Shown here piece after piece: positions 1-4,426 of a DNA stretch of 4,426 nucleotides. Source of the stretch: a virus (lineage: Duplodnaviria; Heunggongvirae; Uroviricota; Caudoviricetes); IMG/VR virus record IMGVR_UViG_2913123054_000003, positions 1 through 4,426 of that record. The stretch is one strand, 5' to 3'. The translations under genes and the position numbers were made by a program. Below the pieces are notes generated by a model. It was not told where the DNA came from. It saw only the letters and a list, made by a program, of their open reading frames with translations, and did no database searches. Numbering within the stretch: the first letter of the stretch is position 1; each line of letters opens with the position of its first letter.

Positions 1-405
1 AACCATCTGGCGGCGGCTATCGGGAATCGCCTGCTGAAAGATGGCCAGACAGTGATTGTGGTTACCGTGGCTGATGTCATGAGTGCTCTACACGCCAGCT
101 ATGACGACGGGCAATCAGGCGAAAAATTTTTGCGGGAACTGTGCGAAGTGGATCTGCTGGTTCTTGATGAAATTGGCATTCAGCGCGAGACAAAAAACGA
201 GCAGGTGGTGCTGCACCAGATTGTTGATCGCCGGACAGCGTCGATGCGCAGCGTGGGGATGCTGACAAACCTGAACTATGAGGCCATGAAAACATTGCTC
301 GGCGAGAGGATTATGGATCGCATGACCATGAACGGCGGGCGCTGGGTGATTTTTAACTGGGAGAGCTGGCGCCCGAATGTTGGTCAGCCAGGAATTGAAA
401 AGTAA
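1..405 (+). CDS. DnaC-like replication protein (helicase loader), 5'-truncated by window edge; C-terminal ~134 aa present
   Basis: Frame 1 is open from base 1 to TAA at 403-405. Translation ([29 protein letters not shown]...[70 protein letters not shown]...) aligns by eye with the C-terminal half of E. coli DnaC as I recall it, including the Walker B-like DLLVLDEIG and the MLTN / LLGERxMDRM / WVIFNW blocks. Confidence 0.88.
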   Translation, partial: NHLAAAIGNRLLKDGQTVIVVTVADVMSALHASYDDGQSGEKFLRELCEVDLLVLDEIGIQRETKNEQVVLHQIVDRRTASMRSVGMLTNLNYEAMKTLLGERIMDRMTMNGGRWVIFNWESWRPNVGQPGIEK

Positions 406-427
406 TTTTTACCGGGAGGAAATTTTA

Positions 428-1177
428 ATGGAAACCGTTTTTGATGCACTGAAAGCAATGGGAAAAGCCACGTCGGTAGAACTGGCAGCGCGACTTGATA
501 TCAGTCGTGAAGAAGTGCTGAACGAGCTGTGGGAACTGAAAAAGGCTGGCTTCGTTGATAAAAGCGTATACACCTGGCGTGTGGCTGATAACAACGTTCA
601 GCAGGAACAGCCAGCACTGCCGGAAGAAACCACTACGGCAACAGTGACGAAAATTTCGGAGAGCGATTTAACTTCGACGATTGAACAACGTGGCCCACAA
701 ACGGCGGATGAACTGGCTACGCTGTTCGGTACAACATCCCGCAAAGTGGCTTCAACGCTGGCAATGGCAATCAGCAAAGGTCGTCTGATTCGCGTTAATC
801 AGAACGGTAAATTTCGTTACTGCATACCGGGCGAAAAAATTAACGATATGAGCGCGCAAAGTACTGCACTGGTGCAAGTGGGCTCGGACGCTGACAAAAA
901 CGAAAAACAGAGCGATCGCAATCGTTTTTCGCCAACAAAAAGACATGAGCAGAGCGAAGAAACTGTAGCAGACATTGTGCAGTCGCTGCCATCGTTTACC
1001 GAAACGCGAGCGGATGACCTCGTTCTGCCATCGCTGCATCTGGCAAGCCGCGAACTGCGTCGGGCGAAAGGCCATGTCCAGAAGTGGGAGCGTGTCTGCG
1101 CCGCGCTGCGAGAGTTGAACAAGCACCGGGATATTATCGCCCAGCTTTGCCAGGAGGCAACCAGTGAGCAAGATTGA
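428..1177 (+). CDS. Prophage protein with two tandem winged-helix-like modules (resembles DUF1627-family proteins found next to prophage replication genes); 249 aa
   Basis: ATG at 428 preceded by GGAGG (415-419) with 8-nt spacing; the track's upstream ATG at 377 lies inside the dnaC-like gene and has no SD. Two similar segments ([46 protein letters not shown] and [40 protein letters not shown]) look like HTH/winged-helix units. Stop TGA at 1175-1177. Confidence 0.75.
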   Translation: METVFDALKAMGKATSVELAARLDISREEVLNELWELKKAGFVDKSVYTWRVADNNVQQEQPALPEETTTATVTKISESDLTSTIEQRGPQTADELATLFGTTSRKVASTLAMAISKGRLIRVNQNGKFRYCIPGEKINDMSAQSTALVQVGSDADKNEKQSDRNRFSPTKRHEQSEETVADIVQSLPSFTETRADDLVLPSLHLASRELRRAKGHVQKWERVCAALRELNKHRDIIAQLCQEATSEQD

Positions 1178-1185
1178 CTACCAGG
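1153..1185 (+). repeat. Gene-junction linker repeat, copy 1 (33 bp: SD + GTG start + first codons of downstream gene / last codons of upstream gene)
   Basis: ggaggcaaccagtgagcaagattgactaccagg matches 1609-1641 at 31/33 positions. Confidence 0.85.
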
Positions 1186-1370
1186 AATTGGCTGCTGCTA
1201 ACGCTTTCTTGGCGGATGTGCGGGCTGGGGCGTTTAACGACCTTTGCGCGGCGTTTGTCAGGCACGCAAAAATTGCAGGACTGGACGATGGCGGTCTCGT
1301 TACGGTGAAAGAAGCGACTGATGCGTTGCTGCACTGTGCAGAACAGCTTCGGGAGGGATTCAAGCAATGA
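1164..1370 (+). CDS. Small protein (68 aa) carrying the Ea22-like leader (MSKIDYQEL) joined to a segment resembling the C-terminal module of the downstream 213-aa Ea22-like protein
   Basis: GTG start at 1164 with AGGAGG (1152-1157) 6 nt upstream; overlaps the upstream stop by 14 nt. AFLADVRAG...[10 protein letters not shown] resembles AFLAEVRAQG...ICDELAAQLRKG near the C-terminus of the 1620..2261 protein. Stop TGA at 1368-1370 overlaps the next ATG (ATGA). Confidence 0.6.
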   Translation: MSKIDYQELAAANAFLADVRAGAFNDLCAAFVRHAKIAGLDDGGLVTVKEATDALLHCAEQLREGFKQ

Positions 1371-1633
1371 GTGAATCAAAATGCCAGGTTTATGGCAACA
1401 AGATAGAACCGTGTACGGCCCTGGCAAAATCCCTTGAGCATGATGCTGAATACACGACGCGAAAAGGTTTGCTGATATACAAAATCTATAACCATGAATT
1501 AATTCATTCACAAGACCTGATCATGCTGCGGTCAGGCGAGTTTTCTAAATCGCCGATTCGAATTTCATTTTGCCCGTTCTGTGGTGAAAGTCTGAAAACG
1601 TGGGAAGCGGAGGCAACCAGTGAGCAAAATTAA
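1367..1633 (+). CDS. Small Cys-rich protein, putative zinc-ribbon (88 aa)
   Basis: ATG at 1367 overlaps the upstream stop (ATGA); GGGAGGG at 1351-1357. Cys pattern C6, C16 ... C69-x2-C72 (FCPFCG). C-terminus EATSEQN repeats the C-terminus (EATSEQD) of the 428..1177 protein. Confidence 0.7.
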   Translation: MSESKCQVYGNKIEPCTALAKSLEHDAEYTTRKGLLIYKIYNHELIHSQDLIMLRSGEFSKSPIRISFCPFCGESLKTWEAEATSEQN

Positions 1634-1641
1634 CTACCAGG
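1609..1641 (+). repeat. Gene-junction linker repeat, copy 2
   Basis: ggaggcaaccagtgagcaaaattaactaccagg; differs from copy 1 at two positions (g/a, g/a). Same 14-nt overlap geometry between stop and GTG start. Confidence 0.85.
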
Positions 1642-2261
1642 TACTACGTGAGATAGCAAAACAGGCAACACAGGGCGAATGGGTCGCATTTATTTCGACG
1701 GGTACTGGTACGTATGCGGTGCATACGCCCGGTGATAAACGATGTGAAGACGTTATCAAATGGACCGGCTTTGACGGACAGAAAAACGCAGAGAACAACG
1801 CTCGTTATATCGCAGCTTTCAACCCTGCAGTAGTGCAGGCACTGCTGGATGAGCGGGAAGCCCAAAGCAAACGCATTGCAGAGATGGAGACTAATCTTGC
1901 GGCGCTGGCAGCGGAGAATGCGAGACTGAAGGTGATGTGTGAGGACCGCCGCAGGTTCATCATGAAAGGGGTGCAACTGGGGTATATCAAGGTGCCAAAA
2001 GCGGAAACAGATCCGGACCTTGAGACAATTCGTATTGCTATATCACCACAAAAGCCCATTCCAGCCACCGATGCTTTTTTGGCTGAAGTAAGGGCGCAGG
2101 GGGTAGAGATGATGCGCGAACACCCATCAATCAAACTTTGCTCTTTGACGCACATATGTGATGAGTTAGCCGCCCAGCTTCGCAAAGGAGAGCTGCATAT
2201 GATGTTTGACGCTGGCATTCACATCAAAGGAGAAGAGCATGGAAATAAAACCAGAAGATGA
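1620..2261 (+). CDS. Ead/Ea22-like family prophage protein with central coiled coil (213 aa)
   Basis: GTG start at 1620 with GGAGG (1609-1613) 6 nt upstream, inside a 33-bp repeat of the 1153-1185 junction. N-terminus MSKINYQVLREIAKQATQGEW and the IAAFNPAVVQALLDEREAQSKRIAEMETNLAALAAENARLK heptad-like stretch fit my recollection of Ead/Ea22-like proteins. Stop TGA at 2259-2261. Confidence 0.72.
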   Translation: MSKINYQVLREIAKQATQGEWVAFISTGTGTYAVHTPGDKRCEDVIKWTGFDGQKNAENNARYIAAFNPAVVQALLDEREAQSKRIAEMETNLAALAAENARLKVMCEDRRRFIMKGVQLGYIKVPKAETDPDLETIRIAISPQKPIPATDAFLAEVRAQGVEMMREHPSIKLCSLTHICDELAAQLRKGELHMMFDAGIHIKGEEHGNKTRR

Positions 2262-2595
2262 GTTAAGTAATATTGTTTTATTTCCGGTAAAAGAGGATGA
2301 CCCACGTAATCAGGTTAATTTTCTTTATGAGCCATCGGAAAGACCATATTGCCATCATGCCTCTGTCCGGGTTGACGAAAAAGAGCGTCAGGTCCGCTGT
2401 AAAATCTGCGGTGCAGTTGTGGAGCCATTTGACTGGATGCTCTCTGTGGCGAAAAGAGAAACCAGACTGGCAGATGATGTAAGGCTATTGCTCCAGGAGG
2501 AACAGGAAAGGCGAAAAAATATAGAAAAGCTAATTCAGATTGAGCGTAACGCGAAAGCGCGGATACGCAGAGCGACAAAATCCAGAACTGAATAA
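2239..2595 (+). CDS. Hypothetical Cys/His-containing protein, possible zinc-binding, with basic coiled-coil C-terminus (118 aa)
   Basis: ATG at 2239 (MEIKPEDEL...) with AGGAG at 2228-2232, 6-nt spacing; preferred over the track's ATG at 2206, which has no SD. Overlaps the upstream gene by 23 nt. Motif YCHH...x14...CKIC. Stop TAA at 2593-2595. Confidence 0.7.
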   Translation: MEIKPEDELSNIVLFPVKEDDPRNQVNFLYEPSERPYCHHASVRVDEKERQVRCKICGAVVEPFDWMLSVAKRETRLADDVRLLLQEEQERRKNIEKLIQIERNAKARIRRATKSRTE

Positions 2596-2661
2596 TTAAA
2601 TTTAGTGCTGTAAATAAAGTTTAATCCTTAACCGGAGGGATTTCTTCACCCTCAAAACATC

Positions 2662-2695
2662 AGGAGGCCGCCCGAAAGGGCGGTAATGAAAAATG
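2662..2695 (+). promoter_or_regulatory. Translation-initiation region with a GNRA hairpin between the SD and the start codon
   Basis: AGGAGG at 2662-2667 is followed directly by a perfect 6-bp stem CCGCCC (2668-2673) / GGGCGG (2678-2683) closing a GAAA loop (2674-2677), then 9 nt to ATG 2693. Linear SD-ATG distance is 25 nt; folded, it is about 9 nt. No U-run follows, so it is not a canonical intrinsic terminator. Confidence 0.45.
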
Positions 2696-3208
2696 ACAGA
2701 ATTAACCAAAGAGCAATTAATCGAAGAAGCCAAATTAAAAATAGCGATTGCGAAATGCCACCCCAATTCAGGGATGGCACGGGTAGAGGGCGAGTTATTC
2801 AAAATTGCACTGGCATCGCTGGAAGCAGAACCGATAGCGTGGGTATGCGGAGAAAACATAATCCTGTTTAATCCTGACACAGTTGAAGCATATGCAAAAC
2901 GTGCGGAGATATCACCTAAACCACTATTCGCCGCCCCGCCAGTGCTACCTGATAGACCGGTAGTGTCGCTGGAAGCAGAGCCGGTTGTAGACAGCGAGTG
3001 GTGGACGCTCTTACGGCAGTTCCTGATTGAACTTCAGGATCGCCGCAAAAACAGCATTTCTGAATCTGGAATCCGTGCTGAAACCCTGAACGATTTAATA
3101 CGACATATTGACAGAAACCTGGATATTGACGCGATGAAATCGCCGTTTGAACTGTCATCTGAAATTGTGGATTACGTTAATAAGCAACTGCGCAAGGAGA
3201 ATGCGTAA
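2693..3208 (+). CDS. Hypothetical prophage protein (171 aa) with an N-terminal module shared with the downstream DUF551-like protein
   Basis: ATG at 2693; long ORF with enterobacterial-like codon usage. Shares FKIALASLEAEPIAW and LFAAPP with the 3797..4297 protein; SLEAEP recurs internally (VVSLEAEPVV). Stop TAA at 3206-3208 overlaps the next ATG (TAATG). Confidence 0.75.
   Translation: MTELTKEQLIEEAKLKIAIAKCHPNSGMARVEGELFKIALASLEAEPIAWVCGENIILFNPDTVEAYAKRAEISPKPLFAAPPVLPDRPVVSLEAEPVVDSEWWTLLRQFLIELQDRRKNSISESGIRAETLNDLIRHIDRNLDIDAMKSPFELSSEIVDYVNKQLRKENA
2804..2832 (+). repeat. Module repeat copy A encoding IALASLEAEP (29 bp)
   Basis: attgcactggcatcgctggaagcagaacc matches 3911-3939 at 26/29. 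A 17-bp sub-copy (tcgctggaagcagagcc) recurs at 2966-2982 inside the same gene. Confidence 0.75.
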
Positions 3209-3384
3209 TGCAGGTGGCATTTGTTGGCTTATTACCGCACCCGATCCGCCTTTGGGCGGATATGTCACTCATAAAATCGCATTTTTTTACTACTGATGGC
3301 GGCATCCCGGCACCAAAGCGCCGCCATACAGGTATTGCAGCGGCACGACGTGCAGCAAAGAAACGCAGGAGAGCAAAACGATGA
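3208..3384 (+). CDS. Small hypothetical protein (58 aa) with strongly basic C-terminus; not in the ORF track (below length cutoff)
   Basis: ATG at 3208 overlapping the upstream TAA; GGAG at 3196-3199, 8-nt spacing. My translation: MQVAFVGLLPHPIRLWADMSLIKSHFFTTDGGIPAPKRRHTGIAAARRAAKKRRRAKR. Stop TGA at 3382-3384 overlaps the next ATG at 3381 (ATGA). Contains two GC-rich inverted repeats, so the region could instead be structured non-coding RNA. Confidence 0.35.
   Translation: MQVAFVGLLPHPIRLWADMSLIKSHFFTTDGGIPAPKRRHTGIAAARRAAKKRRRAKR
3244..3261. other. GC-rich inverted repeat (7-bp stem ATCCGCC/GGCGGAT, 4-nt loop)
   Basis: Perfect complementarity read directly from the sequence. The nearest T-run (3283-3289) is about 21 nt downstream, so it is not a canonical terminator. 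Confidence 0.5.
3296..3327. other. GC-rich inverted repeat (8-bp stem ATGGCGGC/GCCGCCAT, 16-nt loop)
   Basis: Perfect 8-bp arms with the same GGCGG/CCGCC core as the hairpins at 2668-2683 and 3244-3261. Confidence 0.45.
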
Positions 3385-3575
3385 AAAACCGTAAAGCAAA
3401 GATTCTGTTAGCTCGCAGAAACGGTGTTGGGGTCTGGCGATGGTTGAGGATTAGTAACAGACGAGTGAGGTTGACGGGGTGTTGCGGGGTGATGGGTCAC
3501 AGCTGTTGCAAAAAGCCCAGCGCGGCACAAAACCGCTGGAGAAATCACAGTTCTAAGCAAATTAAATGGGAGTGA
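3381..3575 (+). CDS. Small basic Arg/Trp/Cys-rich hypothetical protein (64 aa)
   Basis: ATG at 3381 with AGGAG at 3367-3371, 9-nt spacing; coupled to both neighbours (ATGA upstream, 1-nt gap downstream). Rich in rare Arg/Gly codons (AGA, AGG, CGA, GGG), so coding status is uncertain. Confidence 0.35.
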   Translation: MKNRKAKILLARRNGVGVWRWLRISNRRVRLTGCCGVMGHSCCKKPSAAQNRWRNHSSKQIKWE

Positions 3576-3576
3576 T

Positions 3577-3795
3577 ATGACTACACTATTCAGGAAAAAT
3601 TATCCGCGAAAGAGCAGAGCAACAGAATTCCTGTTTCTCATTCTGTTTATCGTGTTGATGACACCGATATTCCCGCTAATTTTTGTCTGGGTAATCGGGA
3701 AAATAATTGAGCCAGTTATTGAATTGTATAACGACGTGGTATGGGCGTCGTTCAACACACTGCACAATAAAATTAATCCGTATAAGGAAAACTGA
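3577..3795 (+). CDS. Small membrane protein (72 aa) with one predicted transmembrane helix
   Basis: ATG at 3577 one nt after the upstream TGA; GGGAG at 3568-3572 (short 4-nt spacing). Hydrophobic stretch FLFLILFIVLMTPIFPLIFVWVIG. Visibly more AT-rich than flanking genes. Stop TGA at 3793-3795, 1 nt before the next ATG. Confidence 0.5.
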   Translation: MTTLFRKNYPRKSRATEFLFLILFIVLMTPIFPLIFVWVIGKIIEPVIELYNDVVWASFNTLHNKINPYKEN

Positions 3796-3796
3796 T

Positions 3797-4297
3797 ATGG
3801 CAACTATTACCAGAGAAAGCGCAGAGATTAAATCATTCATCACTGGTTTTCTGAGCGATTCGGCGCACGATAACCAATCCTCAAACAGCCTGCTTGCCAA
3901 TGTGTTTCGTATTGCGCTGGCATCGTTGGAAGCAGAGCCAGTGGCATATCAGTATCGCCAGTGGGATGCAGAATATGATGAATGGGGAGAATGGGAAGAT
4001 TGCGGAGAATGCGTTTACGAAGGATTTGTTGAGGAAGAGAAATGTCAGGGGGCAGGTGTTCAGACCCGTAAGCTATATGCCGCGCCGCCAATTTCGGTAA
4101 CTCCGGATGGTTGGATAAGCCGTAGTGAGCGAATGCCGAACGACGCGCAGTGGTGCGTAGTGAACACAGAATACGGGTATTACGTGCAATGCTGGTCTGA
4201 AGGTCAAGGGTGGCTTGGTGATGATATCAGTATCCCTGAATGCGATGTAATCAATTGGATGCCTCTACCAGAACCGCCGCAGGAGGTGAATCAATGA
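3797..4297 (+). CDS. DUF551-like prophage protein (166 aa) with N-terminal IALASLEAEP module
   Basis: ATG at 3797 with AAGGA at 3785-3789, 7-nt spacing; the track's ATG at 3707 lies inside the upstream gene. C-terminal DGWISRSERMPNDAQWCVV...CDVINWMPLPEPP matches my recollection of the DUF551 signature (WIS..ER.P ... W.PLPEPP). Stop TGA at 4295-4297 overlaps the next ATG. Confidence 0.8.
   Translation: MATITRESAEIKSFITGFLSDSAHDNQSSNSLLANVFRIALASLEAEPVAYQYRQWDAEYDEWGEWEDCGECVYEGFVEEEKCQGAGVQTRKLYAAPPISVTPDGWISRSERMPNDAQWCVVNTEYGYYVQCWSEGQGWLGDDISIPECDVINWMPLPEPPQEVNQ
3911..3939 (+). repeat. Module repeat copy B encoding IALASLEAEP (29 bp), in the DUF551-like gene
   Basis: attgcgctggcatcgttggaagcagagcc; 26/29 identical to 2804-2832. 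Confidence 0.75.
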
Positions 4298-4377
4298 CCT
4301 GGCCTGAAGCATTCACAACGGTAGGAATTGCAATGGTGGTGGCGCTGGTGGTGTATTCGATTTGCCGCTGGGGATAA
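4294..4377 (+). CDS. Very small hydrophobic peptide (27 aa), single predicted TM helix; not in the ORF track
   Basis: ATG at 4294 overlapping the upstream stop (ATGA); strong AGGAGG at 4281-4286, 7-nt spacing. My translation: MTWPEAFTTVGIAMVVALVVYSICRWG, stop TAA at 4375-4377. Confidence 0.35.
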   Translation: MTWPEAFTTVGIAMVVALVVYSICRWG

Positions 4378-4426
4378 AAACGATTTGCGGGAAAAGGATA
4401 GTTAAGTAGAATTGCTGCGGGTGCTT

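Noticed and set aside
83-265. + strand 60-aa ORF in an alternate frame within the DnaC-like gene
   Set aside because: It is out of frame with the clearly DnaC-homologous reading frame and its translation is low-complexity; it is a frame artefact.
377-427. Track start at ATG 377 for the 266-aa ORF (MLVSQELK...)
   Set aside because: This ATG lies inside the DnaC-like gene and has no SD. The internal ATG at 428 has a GGAGG at ideal spacing and begins just after the upstream stop.
2206-2238. Upstream ATG (2206) for the 129-aa track ORF
   Set aside because: No SD precedes it and it would overlap the upstream gene by 56 nt. ATG 2239 has AGGAG at 6-nt spacing.
2596-2660. Possible sigma-70 promoter in the AT-rich intergenic region (e.g. 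-10-like TAAATA / TTTAAT near 2611-2625)
   Set aside because: I could not find a -35/-10 pair with acceptable spacing and match. A promoter remains possible but is not supportable by eye, so it is not listed as a feature.
2668-2683. Hairpin as a Rho-independent terminator
   Set aside because: No U-tract follows on the + strand (gggcgg is followed by taatgaaaaatg), and the reverse complement is likewise not followed by a T-run. It is better explained as a translation-initiation or processing structure.
2686-2871. + strand 61-aa ORF starting at ATG 2686 (alternate frame) and ORF 2297..2482
   Set aside because: Both are out of frame with the long, family-consistent ORFs they overlap, and their translations are compositionally odd (Arg/Asn-rich).
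3707-3796. Upstream extension of the DUF551-like ORF from ATG 3707
   Set aside because: The extension overlaps the 72-aa membrane gene in another frame and lacks an SD. ATG 3797 has an SD and starts 1 nt after the upstream stop.
77-4091. All minus-strand ORFs in the track (e.g. 77..295, 752..1171, 1134..1511, 1644..1976, 1805..2218, 2315..2578, 2602..2880, 2916..3158, 3600..3803, 3676..3900, 3840..4091)
   Set aside because: Each lies fully antisense to a + strand gene that has an SD, a sensible start and a recognisable family or coupling context. None has a convincing SD, and several are Ser/Arg/Cys-rich in the way typical of antisense frames of GC-rich coding DNA.
3894-4100. + strand 68-aa ORF inside the DUF551-like gene, and 1164..1370 as a candidate frame artefact
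   Set aside because: 3894..4100 is an alternate-frame ORF inside a well-supported gene and is rejected. By contrast 1164..1370 is kept as a feature because it has its own SD, a GTG start within the conserved linker, and homology to the Ea22-like C-terminal module.
1-4426. CRISPR array, tRNA/rRNA genes, IS element or transposase, integrase or attachment site
   Set aside because: There are no regularly spaced direct repeats, no tRNA-like cloverleaf candidates, and no terminal inverted repeats flanking a transposase-sized ORF; every protein-length ORF is accounted for by the features above.

Overview
Prophage-like early/accessory operon from an enterobacterial genome (E. coli/Shigella-like codon usage and a DnaC homolog). 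All supported genes lie on the + strand and are tightly packed, often with overlapping stop/start codons. The window opens inside the 3' end of a DnaC-like helicase-loader gene, followed by a tandem winged-helix protein (DUF1627-like by recall), a short gene sharing its leader and C-terminal module with a longer Ead/Ea22-like coiled-coil protein, two small Cys-rich (zinc-ribbon-like) proteins, a 171-aa hypothetical protein, a run of very small ORFs (58, 64, 72 and 27 aa; two are below the ORF-track cutoff), and a DUF551-like protein. No tRNA, rRNA, CRISPR array, transposase or integrase is visible. The most notable signals are a 33-bp gene-junction repeat duplicated at two gene boundaries, a shared N-terminal module between two otherwise unrelated proteins, a GNRA hairpin placed between a Shine-Dalgarno and its start codon, and a compact cluster of small basic/membrane ORFs. 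All family names are from memory of protein families, not from a database search.
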